IMG/VR virus record: IMGVR_UViG_3300023179_000145
Location: 1-52,797 of that record
Source: a virus
Lineage: Duplodnaviria; Caudoviricetes
DNA length: 52,797 nucleotides
Direction: 5' to 3' (one strand)
How positions within the stretch are numbered: position 1 is the first letter of the stretch; every line of letters begins with the position of its first letter. A model generated the notes under the pieces. That model saw only the letters and a list, made by a program, of their open reading frames with translations, ran no database searches and was not told where the DNA came from. Both the position numbers and the translations under genes were made by a program. Of this stretch, positions 1 to 9,189 are shown in pieces.

Positions 1-1
1 C

Positions 2-442
2 TGTTAGATCGTTAACTCCGTTAGCACGTAATTCCCAAGGAAACACACCTTGTCCATATCGTGTACGATCACTATTTAAACACTTGCCACGTTCTTTTGC
101 TAATTCAACACTAGACTCAGTTAGATATAATGCCTGATGTTCCATCCAAGACTTGACTTCTGCAAGTGCATCTTTCTCGCCATATTTAAGACCACGTTTA
201 GCATGCCAGTAAGCTAGATTAGTAACACCTATGCCCAGTGGTCTAATCTCGTCGTTACTTAACTTACTTTGAATACTCAAAAAGTCTTGATAATCTAGAA
301 TATTATTAAGACTTCGATGTAGTATCCTAGCTGCTCTACGCATATCTTCAGGATTTCTGAATGCACCCCAATTCATCGACCCCAAGGTGCAGAGGCTTAT
401 GGTTGGTGGTTTTCTAATGGTTTCTTTTTTAATAATTTTCAT
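2..442 (-). CDS. nrdA: Class Ia ribonucleotide reductase alpha, C-terminal fragment (NrdA-b), runs off the window
   Basis: Not in the ORF track. Translated by hand from ATG at 442: MKIIKKETIRKPPT-ISLCTLGSMNWG...RPLGIGVTNLAYWHAK...SVELAKERG. This matches E. coli NrdA from IALCTL (C462) onward. Confidence 0.93.
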   Translation of the reverse strand, partial: MKIIKKETIRKPPTISLCTLGSMNWGAFRNPEDMRRAARILHRSLNNILDYQDFLSIQSKLSNDEIRPLGIGVTNLAYWHAKRGLKYGEKDALAEVKSWMEHQALYLTESSVELAKERGKCLNSDRTRYGQGVFPWELRANGVNDLT

Positions 443-456
443 TTTTCTATCTTTTA

Positions 457-472
457 TATAAATATATTTATA
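457..472. promoter_or_regulatory. Perfect palindrome TATAAATATATTTATA: two back-to-back T4-type late promoters
   Basis: TATAAATA on + (457-464) points to the HNH ATG at 489. TATAAATA on - (472-465) points to the nrdA-b ATG at 442. Confidence 0.75.
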
Positions 473-488
473 CATCATAAAGTACACA

Positions 489-1580
489 ATGTATAAAATT
501 AACATTAATTCTGTTCACTGGTCTAGATATATTCGTTTCATTGAAACTCGTTCTAATAGAGTTATTCCCTCCGATACTGTAGTAGAAATTCATCATATTA
601 TTCCTAGATGTGCGGGAGGGAATGATACTACAGATAATTTGATCAAGCTCACTGTGAGAGAACACTTTGTTGCTCATTGGATGCTTACTAGGGTTGGCCT
701 CGACGAGGTTTGGTATAAACTTCGTTTTGCATTTGGTTTCATGAGTGTTTCTAGTAAATCTAATTCTTACAGAAAACTTCTCACATCTAGGCAATTTGAA
801 AAATCTAAAAAGATTAGGAAAGAAACTATTAAACAATGGAACGACATTAACCCATCCACAATCAAGGGAACTTCTTGGTATGCTGATGAGGAGGGCACTT
901 TGTACAGATGTCACTCATCTTCCCCTAAAATAACAGAATTTAATTTAACCGCAGTATCACCCGGAAAAGGGAAAAAATGGTATACAGATGGGACTAATTT
1001 TTTCATGCTAACTGAATTTGACCCAAAAATTATATCATTAAAATTATATCCTGGTTCACCGAGTCTAGGTAAAAAAAAGAAATATTCACCCGAGTCTGCC
1101 AAAAGACTGTCATCGGATAGAGCAGGAAGATTATGGTTCAATGATGGCACAAGATCATATAAATTAAAACCGGAAGATCCTATAATATCAGAATTAGAGT
1201 TAGTTTTTGGTAGAATAATATCATCAACGGGGTTAGAACGTATTAGAAAAGGTGCCGCTTGGGAGAGAACATCAGAACATAATTTAAATAATTCATCTCG
1301 GCAAAAATCAAAACTACGATACAACGACGGAGTTAATAATTTTACATTATTGCCAGATGATCCGTTGATTTCCCAGTTATCGCTCACTAGGGGAGTGATA
1401 CTTACTGAAGAGGGAAAAATTTCTCTTTCCTCTTCTTCTAAAGTCAAGGATCTTTCGTACATAATTGGCAAAAAATGGTTTAATGACGGCATAAAAAATT
1501 ATAGACTTTTAGAAAAAGAGGGCATGAATCTAGGACTAACTATTGGAAAGTTACATAAGATTAAATCAAAAGATTCTTAA
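489..1580 (+). CDS. HNH homing endonuclease inserted antisense within nrdA
   Basis: EIHHIIPRCAGG...NLIKLTVREHFVAHWML HNH motif, followed by about five W-x-(N/T)-DG repeats. Confidence 0.92.
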   Translation: MYKININSVHWSRYIRFIETRSNRVIPSDTVVEIHHIIPRCAGGNDTTDNLIKLTVREHFVAHWMLTRVGLDEVWYKLRFAFGFMSVSSKSNSYRKLLTSRQFEKSKKIRKETIKQWNDINPSTIKGTSWYADEEGTLYRCHSSSPKITEFNLTAVSPGKGKKWYTDGTNFFMLTEFDPKIISLKLYPGSPSLGKKKKYSPESAKRLSSDRAGRLWFNDGTRSYKLKPEDPIISELELVFGRIISSTGLERIRKGAAWERTSEHNLNNSSRQKSKLRYNDGVNNFTLLPDDPLISQLSLTRGVILTEEGKISLSSSSKVKDLSYIIGKKWFNDGIKNYRLLEKEGMNLGLTIGKLHKIKSKDS

Positions 1581-3084
1581 TATCATCATGTTCAGTTAGA
1601 TCCTTTACCTTTTTTGTGGTATCATCTGATAACAAAACACGATGCTGCCCTGGCAATGTAATTTCTTGACCATCGTCTAAATATAACTTAAATTCTCCTT
1701 CATCATCAATAGATTCAAATGGTGAATTTGGAAGAGTAATTTCGGCGCAAAGGTTGGATTGATACACTGGATTTTCTAATGGATCAAACGGTCCTTGAGC
1801 TTGAACATTGTCTGTGTACATCAAGTAGATACGCCCTGTATCAGTACGTTCTTTAAGAATGCCACCCTTGAACACTTCTTCAGCACTCATTGTGAGTTTT
1901 CTCAAGTCAGAGCGGTTTTCGTACTCAACATACAATTCTTCAAACTTCTTGGTGTCTTTATAGAATGCCTCGTAAAGATCAGGAACCTCGTGGGGATCAA
2001 AAAATGTAATATTACCTTGATCTTTGAATCTTCTCCAGAAAAAAGCATTTAGTACGACTCCATAGTCCAAATGCCTCACACGTGTTTCTTCAGTACCTTG
2101 ATTATTTTTAAGGACAATCATATCTGAGAATTGTAGGTGCCAAATTTGAAACCACACTGTACAACTAGCATTTCTGATGCCACCCTGACTTGTGGCTCGT
2201 AAATCAGCGAACCACTTTTTCAAGAATGGTATCATGCCTGTGTGGGAAATTTCTCCGTTTCTGATTGGTGCTCCTAGCGGTCTAATTTTACCAATTTCAA
2301 GACCAATACCTGCACGTTTAGATGCGTATTTACCCATCATCTCGCCAGTAGCGTATATTGAATTTAAGCTGTCACCCGCAGAAATCAAAACGCAGGAAGA
2401 AAATTGCTTAGTAGGAGTACCAAGCCCGGCAAGAACAGGAGTAGCCAATGTAAAGAGTCCATCACTTGCTGCATTGTAATACTCTTTGATGTAGCGCATT
2501 CTCGCTGAGTTCGGTTCTTCTCGGTGAAATATAGTAGCAGCCGCGACCATGTATCTAATTTGTGGAGTTTCATAAATTTCCTTTGTTGCACGATTTTTTA
2601 CTAGATATTTTTCAATGAGTTGTTCAATGGCTGCATAGCTGTAGAGTTCGTCTTTTGAATGATCAATAAACGATTCCATCTTGCCCCAATCTTCTTCTGT
2701 ATACCAGTCTAGTAATTCTGCGGTATATAGACCAGTAGCTATATTACGTTTTACGATTTCGTATAAGGGCGGAACTGCATAAGTGCCGTATACATCTTTT
2801 CTGAGCATGCTTAGTCGCTGTTTTCCTGCCACATATTGATAATTAGTATGTCCTACTTCGGGATTAGATTCAACGTCGATTAGGTCAACAATGGCTCGTA
2901 GTGTAATGCCGTCAATTTCTTTGGTTGTGATGCCATCATAAAAGTGCATCTGTGCCTTGATCTCTACCATGCTTTGACTTACGTCTGCTGTGCCTGAACA
3001 TACTTTGGCAATTTGGGCCTGCCATTTTTCCAGACTCAATTGTTCTTTTCTTCCGTTACGTTTAATAACTGTGATTTGTGTCAT
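1561..3084 (-). CDS. nrdA: Ribonucleotide reductase alpha, N-terminal fragment (NrdA-a) with a degenerate intein-like tail
   Basis: N-terminal ATP cone (VIKRNG), ATPVLAG, FSSCVLI, SQGGIRNAS, QSNLCAEITLP. Ends in a 43-aa non-NrdA tail. Confidence 0.96.
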   Translation of the reverse strand: MTQITVIKRNGRKEQLSLEKWQAQIAKVCSGTADVSQSMVEIKAQMHFYDGITTKEIDGITLRAIVDLIDVESNPEVGHTNYQYVAGKQRLSMLRKDVYGTYAVPPLYEIVKRNIATGLYTAELLDWYTEEDWGKMESFIDHSKDELYSYAAIEQLIEKYLVKNRATKEIYETPQIRYMVAAATIFHREEPNSARMRYIKEYYNAASDGLFTLATPVLAGLGTPTKQFSSCVLISAGDSLNSIYATGEMMGKYASKRAGIGLEIGKIRPLGAPIRNGEISHTGMIPFLKKWFADLRATSQGGIRNASCTVWFQIWHLQFSDMIVLKNNQGTEETRVRHLDYGVVLNAFFWRRFKDQGNITFFDPHEVPDLYEAFYKDTKKFEELYVEYENRSDLRKLTMSAEEVFKGGILKERTDTGRIYLMYTDNVQAQGPFDPLENPVYQSNLCAEITLPNSPFESIDDEGEFKLYLDDGQEITLPGQHRVLLSDDTTKKVKDLTEHDDIKNLLI

Positions 3085-3088
3085 ATAC

Positions 3089-3511
3089 TCAATATAGTTG
3101 TTTTTTTATATCGCTCTGTGCGATGTGATGTTTGTTTTGCTGTAGGTTGATATTTAACCCTATAGACTGATCCCAATTCAATATATATTTTCCATTCTCT
3201 ACCAGGACTAAATTGCCCTGATCTGAATCAACCAACACAGCGTCCTGGAGATCATCACGATCCAGCACAGTAATAGTATACAGGATCCCTAGCCCTCGAG
3301 CAATATCACAATAGATATTATCGCTCAAAAGTTGCCAGGGATCTGGCCAATCTTGTCGATCATCCCAGTGTAAATGATAAGCCCGCCATGGAGTTTTTTG
3401 CCACCAGGAGTTGATCTCGCCTAGTGCATCGGGCTTGGGTAGCATGCGAACACGATCTCTTAGAGAGTTCCACGCTGCCAGGCGTTGTTCAAAGGTTGAA
3501 CACCACATCAA
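3089..3511 (-). CDS. Hypothetical phage protein
   Basis: Tightly packed in the operon; start overlaps the upstream stop. Confidence 0.75.
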   Translation of the reverse strand: MMWCSTFEQRLAAWNSLRDRVRMLPKPDALGEINSWWQKTPWRAYHLHWDDRQDWPDPWQLLSDNIYCDIARGLGILYTITVLDRDDLQDAVLVDSDQGNLVLVENGKYILNWDQSIGLNINLQQNKHHIAQSDIKKQLY

Positions 3512-5094
3512 GCAAGTTTGGTTATTGAATAGTTAATAGTGGCTGCGATGCCAGTGTTGGTGGTAGTAGCTTTCCAACTCACAATACCAGCAGTTTCGCT
3601 AACAGCAAACGCAACACCAGTGGATGCATTCTGCACACCAGAATCTGATCCTTGTATATTTGTACCCGCTGAGTCGGTGCCAGCCACAATAGTGTACACA
3701 CCAGTTCTGGTGTTAACATCTCGCACTATGGTATAGTTGATCTGAACTGCTCTAATTGCTGTGGCATCAAATGTCAAAATGGTTTGGTTGGCAGTATTGT
3801 TGAGTAATGTTCCAGTAGTACCAGTTTGCCTTACATACGTACCTTGTTGTGTTTGATTAGCAGCATCAAATGCTATGTTAATACCGTTGTTGATGTTGAT
3901 TCGAGGATATGTGCCAGCATACGCTGTGGTACGTTGAAACATGTCGCCAACGCTGACATTGTTTTGTCCTACAAAATTAATTACCGCAGTAGCCGGCGAT
4001 GTAGTTCCGTTAAAATGATTGCCCACGTCATAAAACGTGTTGTATCCACTGGCATTCATTCCTGTATTAGCAGCAATCAAAATACCCTCGGCGTAGATGT
4101 TATCAAACACATTGCCCAAGAATCTAAATCCAGTAGGGCCGCCGCTGATTGGAGCCGGGTCTCCTAGCAACACACCTTGATAGTGTGTGTCAAATGTGCT
4201 TTCAGTGACCAATACGCCTTGTACTTGATTGGGAGTCTCAAATGCCCAAGTGGTGCCACCAAATGTACATCCACGGAACGTGATGTTTTTACAGATTAAA
4301 CTCGCAGTAGACGAAAAATGCACACATGCCACATTGTCAAGTGCGTCTGTTAGATCAAGTTGGGTGCGAGATCCTAAAAAACTCACGTCAGTAAAGGTAC
4401 ATTGTTCAGCATCTTCAACTAAAAATATGTCAGCTAGGCCTGCGGCTTCAAACCCCATATTGGAGATTGAAATATCAACAGGAGGGGTAGCACCATTGTT
4501 ACCAATGTTTACTCCTGTTTGCTGCAAGCTATCACTGTACACAGCCACATACTGGCTGGCACTGGCTGCGTCTAATACAATAACACTAGAGTTGATCCCT
4601 TCGCCATACAACAATGCATAAGGTGGAATTTTGATTGAACTGGTAACCAAATAGCGGCCAGCTGGAAAGAATAATGATCTACGTATTTGTGGATTTGGTT
4701 CTCTACAATACAGTTGAAACAATGCACGATTGATAGCATCGGTGTCATCAGTTACACCATCTCCTGTTGCACCAAAATTCAATACGCTGGCAAATTGATC
4801 TAACCAACTTTGTACACTTATACTAACTGGGCTACCAGATGATGCTCCGGTCTGCGCTATGTATCCAGCAGCAGCACCTTTGTAAGTGTATGCACCCCCT
4901 ACCAGCAATATATCACTGTATTCGGTGAGTATTTCTGTATTGCCTATTACAGGGGCGCCATCTTGCAAGGTTCCATTGCCGATGTAGAGTCGACGTGTGT
5001 CGATGGCCCAGCCCAACTCCGCGCCAGCCAATTGTGGCAGATTTTCTGCTAGACCTTTACGGTTTGTTATTCGTGATACTTGAACTATTGCCAT
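3508..5094 (-). CDS. Virion/tail protein with a pectate-lyase-like beta-helix
   Basis: N-terminal LAGAELGWAIDTRRLYIGNG tail-fibre motif; SVLNFGATGDGVTDDTDAINRA Pectate_lyase_3-type motif; upstream TAAATA. Confidence 0.75.
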   Translation of the reverse strand: MAIVQVSRITNRKGLAENLPQLAGAELGWAIDTRRLYIGNGTLQDGAPVIGNTEILTEYSDILLVGGAYTYKGAAAGYIAQTGASSGSPVSISVQSWLDQFASVLNFGATGDGVTDDTDAINRALFQLYCREPNPQIRRSLFFPAGRYLVTSSIKIPPYALLYGEGINSSVIVLDAASASQYVAVYSDSLQQTGVNIGNNGATPPVDISISNMGFEAAGLADIFLVEDAEQCTFTDVSFLGSRTQLDLTDALDNVACVHFSSTASLICKNITFRGCTFGGTTWAFETPNQVQGVLVTESTFDTHYQGVLLGDPAPISGGPTGFRFLGNVFDNIYAEGILIAANTGMNASGYNTFYDVGNHFNGTTSPATAVINFVGQNNVSVGDMFQRTTAYAGTYPRININNGINIAFDAANQTQQGTYVRQTGTTGTLLNNTANQTILTFDATAIRAVQINYTIVRDVNTRTGVYTIVAGTDSAGTNIQGSDSGVQNASTGVAFAVSETAGIVSWKATTTNTGIAATINYSITKLA

Positions 5095-5140
5095 GTGAGT
5101 CCTAATTCTGTGCTGTATTTAGCCAGAATCCATCAGGCAA

Positions 5141-5857
5141 CTAAATGTGCTGGGTGTAGTATTCTTCTACCTTGCGCCACCATAAGTTGCAATAACGATC
5201 GTACTCAGCACCTTCTAATACAAATTCTTGATATTGAGGCTTGGTAATAAGATTGTGATTCACATCAAGTTCAGGTTTCACACACATGAGAATCACTCCC
5301 TTGCGTATTTTTGTACCATGCAATTCATTATGTGCCTCTGCATAAGCACATAACTGAACAAAGTAATCATCAATCCATTCACGCTTTTTGGGCTTGTTGG
5401 ATTGTTTGTAATCCAGGATGGATTCTTCGTTCAAGTGCATGCCTGCACCATCAGTAGTACCTGCATAGATCTTGGGAAAGTATAGTGGAACTTCAATACC
5501 CCAGAATTCAGAGACATTTTTCAACCCATCACGGATTACAGTTCGGGCCATTTCATGACTTGACCAACTAAACGGGTTAGTACCACGTTCTTTGATTGCG
5601 CCTGTTTTCACATAGTCTTCGAGATATGTGTGCATACGTGTGCCACGGTTGGCAGCTTCTGTGGTGATTTGTTGTGCTTTTTCTGCTCCAACTGCACGCC
5701 GCCAATTATGCAGTGCTGCTTTGCTAGCTTCACTTTTGGTCTTGTCAAGAATGGTAGTCACACTTGGTAACTTGTTTCCATCAGGTGTGGCATAGAAACG
5801 TTTGCCGTCTATTGTGACTCGGGGAATTGGTTGATAATCAAATTTTGGATTGTACAA
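5141..5857 (-). CDS. PD-(D/E)XK exonuclease (MGME1/phage exonuclease-like)
   Basis: PSVTTIL, RGTRMH, YAGTTD, LDYKQS, QLCAYA motifs. Start uncertain; TTG near 5857 chosen to avoid overlap with iscA. Confidence 0.85.
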   Translation of the reverse strand: MYNPKFDYQPIPRVTIDGKRFYATPDGNKLPSVTTILDKTKSEASKAALHNWRRAVGAEKAQQITTEAANRGTRMHTYLEDYVKTGAIKERGTNPFSWSSHEMARTVIRDGLKNVSEFWGIEVPLYFPKIYAGTTDGAGMHLNEESILDYKQSNKPKKREWIDDYFVQLCAYAEAHNELHGTKIRKGVILMCVKPELDVNHNLITKPQYQEFVLEGAEYDRYCNLWWRKVEEYYTQHI

Positions 5858-5858
5858 A

Positions 5859-6179
5859 TTATACTCTAAAACTACTTCCGCAACCGCAGCGGTCACGTTC
5901 ATTGGGGTTGTTGAACTGAAATCCTTCGTTAAGCCCTTGTCTAGTGTAATCTACTTCAAGTCCTTGTAGATATACCCTGCTTTTGGGATCAACAAATAAT
6001 TTACAGTTGTTGCAATCGATACATATATCATCAGACCGCACAGTGTCTACATATTCTAACACATAAGCAAGCCCAGAGCAACCTGTTGTTTTGACTCCCA
6101 CACGGATACCAATTCCGCGACCACGACGTTGAATAGTTTGAGTTATTTTTTGAGCAGCAGTTTCAGTTAACGAGATCAT
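5859..6179 (-). CDS. iscA: A-type Fe-S cluster carrier protein
   Basis: GCSGLAY and FNNPN...CGCGSSF; all three conserved Cys present. Confidence 0.95.
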   Translation of the reverse strand: MISLTETAAQKITQTIQRRGRGIGIRVGVKTTGCSGLAYVLEYVDTVRSDDICIDCNNCKLFVDPKSRVYLQGLEVDYTRQGLNEGFQFNNPNERDRCGCGSSFRV

Positions 6180-6919
6180 ATTGTTTTTATAAATTCTTGC
6201 AATTCACATTCCCAAACAACAGTAATATTATACCCCAAGGATTCTAAATATTTCTGTCTTTCTGAATCTAACTGCCATTTTTCTTTGGCAGTTTTCTTTA
6301 ACTGTGGATGGTAAAAGTCTTCAGCAAACAATTTTGGATTGCAGTGCCAATAATCTCCATATACTTCAACTATGTGTTTAGTGTCTTCGTTAACGTAATC
6401 AGGTTTATATTTTCCTATTTTAACATTTGTTTTATAATCAACTAACAATAGTTCTAATGTTTTTTCTTTTTTACTACGCGGAGAAGTTTTTGCAAGATGT
6501 CCAACATTTTCTGTGCCGTATCTTTCAAGATTAGTTTTTTTAACCTTCTCAAAATAATCAGTTGTATGTTTCTTTCCTTTAAAATTACCAGGTAGCCCTT
6601 TATTCCATGCAGTTTGCAATCCTTGTTTATTTTTGTTCCACGGCGTTCTTCCTTTGCAGGATTCAGATAAATTCTTAACCCATGTATCTCTATTTTGTTC
6701 TCTAGTAGCATACCGATCAGCATTCCATGTCCTGGATTCTGTCATATCTGGATTCCGTTGCCAGTGCAATTTAGCAGAACAAGATTTCGAACAACATTCT
6801 ATACCAGAGCCTTTTACTAATGTTCCGCAGATAGGACACGGTTTATGTCCTTTTTGATAACCATTTTTGTTGTCTTTTCTTAGTGTGATGCCGCAACCGC
6901 ATTTACATAGATTTTTCAT
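6176..6919 (-). CDS. Putative homing endonuclease (Zn-ribbon, PWNK repeats, Vsr/DUF559-like PD-(D/E)XK domain) between iscU and iscA
   Basis: CKCGCG, CPIC, PWNK/AWNKG, KPD...EVYGDYWH, VVWECE. Own TAAATA 5 nt upstream of ATG 6919. Confidence 0.85.
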   Translation of the reverse strand: MKNLCKCGCGITLRKDNKNGYQKGHKPCPICGTLVKGSGIECCSKSCSAKLHWQRNPDMTESRTWNADRYATREQNRDTWVKNLSESCKGRTPWNKNKQGLQTAWNKGLPGNFKGKKHTTDYFEKVKKTNLERYGTENVGHLAKTSPRSKKEKTLELLLVDYKTNVKIGKYKPDYVNEDTKHIVEVYGDYWHCNPKLFAEDFYHPQLKKTAKEKWQLDSERQKYLESLGYNITVVWECELQEFIKTI

Positions 6920-6945
6920 AACTTTATTTATCAAAGTTATTTGCT

Positions 6946-7329
6946 CTATGTTTGGTTATGTTTTTCTTTGTAGTCTTTGACCGCTGCGGCAATGGCATCA
7001 GAAGCAAGGATGCTACAATGGATTTTGACTGGGGGCAGCGCGAGTTCTTGAGCAATCTCTGAATTTTTAAGAGCTGCGGCCTGGACCAGGGTTTTGCCTT
7101 TAACCCACTCGGTAACAAGACTACTCGAGGCAATAGCACTACCGCATCCGTAGGTTTTGAATCTAGCATCTGTGATAACTCCATTTTCTACTTTGATCTG
7201 AAGTTTCATTACATCACCGCAGGCCGGACTTCCGGTGAGTCCAGTCCCTACTCCTTCTTCGTCTTTAGAAAATGAGCCAACATTTCTAGGATTGTCGTAA
7301 TGGTCGAGTAACTTTTCACTATAAGCCAT
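6946..7329 (-). CDS. iscU: Fe-S cluster scaffold protein
   Basis: NPRNVG, PACGD, FKTYGCGSAIASSS, LPPVKIHCS. Confidence 0.96.
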   Translation of the reverse strand: MAYSEKLLDHYDNPRNVGSFSKDEEGVGTGLTGSPACGDVMKLQIKVENGVITDARFKTYGCGSAIASSSLVTEWVKGKTLVQAAALKNSEIAQELALPPVKIHCSILASDAIAAAVKDYKEKHNQT

Positions 7330-7920
7330 ATTTGTCTCCAGTTATAGATTCTACTATCTCAATGGGCTGATAACTATCCCATTTCTTTCGATTTTCTTCG
7401 CCTGTGATAAATTGTATATTCTTTTTACTTCCAAGTAAAGAGGGAGCAATACCTAATTCAAATCCTTGTCTATGTGGAATGATATGATCAATTTGCCAAC
7501 TGTCTTTATACTTACCTATTGTTGGCACCCATTCACCGTTTGCTCTCATTTCTTTGATTGTTCTATATGTAAAATATCGCACTTGTTGCCGATATAATTT
7601 TAGAGGTTCTGTAATTGGATTTTTTGGCCTGAGATTGTTAAGCCGTCCATTCCAGTTAGGATTGTTTTCACCTAACATTCGCATTCTTGCTACTTCGTTG
7701 GTGCCACCTTTGTTCCACCCCAACCTTTTTCCAACCCGATTCTATTTTGTTTTGCTTTTTGTTCTTCGGTAAGTTTGATTCCTTTGTTCCACGGATCAAA
7801 CTCACCTCTGTTTAATGGATTCTTACATTTCTGTGAACAAAAATCCAAGAAGCGTGGTTTAGTTTCAAATTCATTACCACAATACTGACAACACTTGGTA
7901 ATCCCATACTTGTTTTTCAT
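7319..7920 (-). pseudogene. HNH homing endonuclease interrupted by a single frameshift near 7715-7725
   Basis: ORF 7690-7920 (CQYC...FCSQKC, PWNKG) continues in another frame as GWNKG...GENNPNW...QIDHIIP...NIQFITGEENRKK. One G appears missing in TGGGGT. Could be a sequencing error. Confidence 0.75.
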
Positions 7921-7957
7921 ACAAGTATTTATCATCTAGGCGCGCCCGCCGTTTGGA

Positions 7958-8305
7958 TTAAACTCCGCGGTCTTTCTTCATGGCTGACTGTGCAGCTTGT
8001 GCCACAATGTCCTGTGCTTGATTAACAGGCATGGTAACTGGACCAGGCTTATTGCCACCTTTGAACGTTAATTCAGTGGCGTTGGGATCCATGGGCTCAA
8101 TCAGGCCATTTAGTGGTGGTTGTCCAACTAGAGTTTGCAAAGTGTCTGGGGTGATATCTATACCTATGCTTTGTGCTCGATTGATAAATGCCTGCACTGG
8201 CATTTGCATTTTGGCAGAAGTGTCCTGTGCTCTACCCACAGCAAACTTGGCCAAGGCCATGAGTTTGTCTGCTGTGGCATCTACTTCTACTTCGTTGATT
8301 TTCAT
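7958..8305 (-). CDS. Hypothetical protein, probably virion-associated
   Basis: Operon packing; N-terminus MKINEVE. Confidence 0.7.
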   Translation of the reverse strand: MKINEVEVDATADKLMALAKFAVGRAQDTSAKMQMPVQAFINRAQSIGIDITPDTLQTLVGQPPLNGLIEPMDPNATELTFKGGNKPGPVTMPVNQAQDIVAQAAQSAMKKDRGV

Positions 8306-9189
8306 TATCTGCGCTCACGACCTAGAGCTGCTGCTGGTCCACCAATTGCTGGTTCTTCTGGAGGCAGTTCACCGCCAAGTTCAGGACCTGGCGCAGGTCC
8401 GGCTAGTCCTTGGTCACCACCTGGTGGCATCATACCCATGTCAGCGCCTGGAACGGGTGCTTGTCCAGTAACTACACCAAGAGCTTGCTCTAACTGTTGC
8501 TTGCTACCTTGTAAGTTCTGTACCAAGCCGCTGAGTGCTGCTTGTGCATCATTGTTAAATTGTGCTGCTTGCTCTTGACCAATTTGATTCTTGATTGAAT
8601 CAACCAAGGCTGGCAGTTCTTTGAACTGCATTTCGGTGCTGTCTTCGATCATGCTTTGCATTTTGTCCACCATGTCTTGTGCAGCCAACACCACTTGAGC
8701 TTGTTGTACTTCGCCTTCGCTGAGGTAGTAACCATTGGAACTAGCACGACGACGCCACTCTGCCACTGTGGTTGTTGTCTTGGCAGCATTGAGTTGATTT
8801 TGAAGATCAGTAACTTCTTTTTTCTTTGCTTCAAGATCCGTTTCGAGCTTTTTAACAGTATCTACTTTTTGTTTAGCAGCCATAGCAGCAGCTTGTTGAG
8901 GATTTATACCAGAAGTTGCACCATTGGCGGCTGCCATTTCATCTTCATAGATCTTTTCAGCTAATGCTTGTTCCATCATCATGAGCTTGAGATAAGCTGG
9001 ATTCTTTTCGCTGGTATGGCGAGCAGGACTAGACCGTACTTCACCCAGCATGCCGCGCACCTGGCGATACATGTTGTGCAGTTGTGTACGATTCAAAGCG
9101 TCAAATTTAACCGATTGGTTGAAATGACCTTCGAATACTTTAGCGATTTGTCGGGTAGGGCGTGTTACGGCCAGTTCGTTTAGTTTCAT
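8305..9189 (-). CDS. Hypothetical coiled-coil protein, possibly internal head/core
   Basis: MKLNE start, internal IYE/VAE/LSE sites, acidic Pro/Gly tail. Confidence 0.7.
   Translation of the reverse strand: MKLNELAVTRPTRQIAKVFEGHFNQSVKFDALNRTQLHNMYRQVRGMLGEVRSSPARHTSEKNPAYLKLMMMEQALAEKIYEDEMAAANGATSGINPQQAAAMAAKQKVDTVKKLETDLEAKKKEVTDLQNQLNAAKTTTTVAEWRRRASSNGYYLSEGEVQQAQVVLAAQDMVDKMQSMIEDSTEMQFKELPALVDSIKNQIGQEQAAQFNNDAQAALSGLVQNLQGSKQQLEQALGVVTGQAPVPGADMGMMPPGGDQGLAGPAPGPELGGELPPEEPAIGGPAAALGRERR

Noticed and set aside
1561-1695. NrdA tails as a functional split intein
   Set aside because: No N-terminal Cys/Ser block A after the extein, and NrdA-b has no block F/G or terminal Asn before ISLCTL.
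3508-5094. Diversity-generating retroelement target
   Set aside because: No reverse transcriptase and no template/variable repeat pair seen in the window.
5141-5857. Cas4 with an Fe-S cluster supplied by IscU/IscA
   Set aside because: The four-Cys Cas4 pattern is absent; it is a plain PD-(D/E)XK exonuclease.
7711-7735. Programmed -1 frameshift
   Set aside because: No in-frame X XXY YYZ heptamer; a simple indel explains it.
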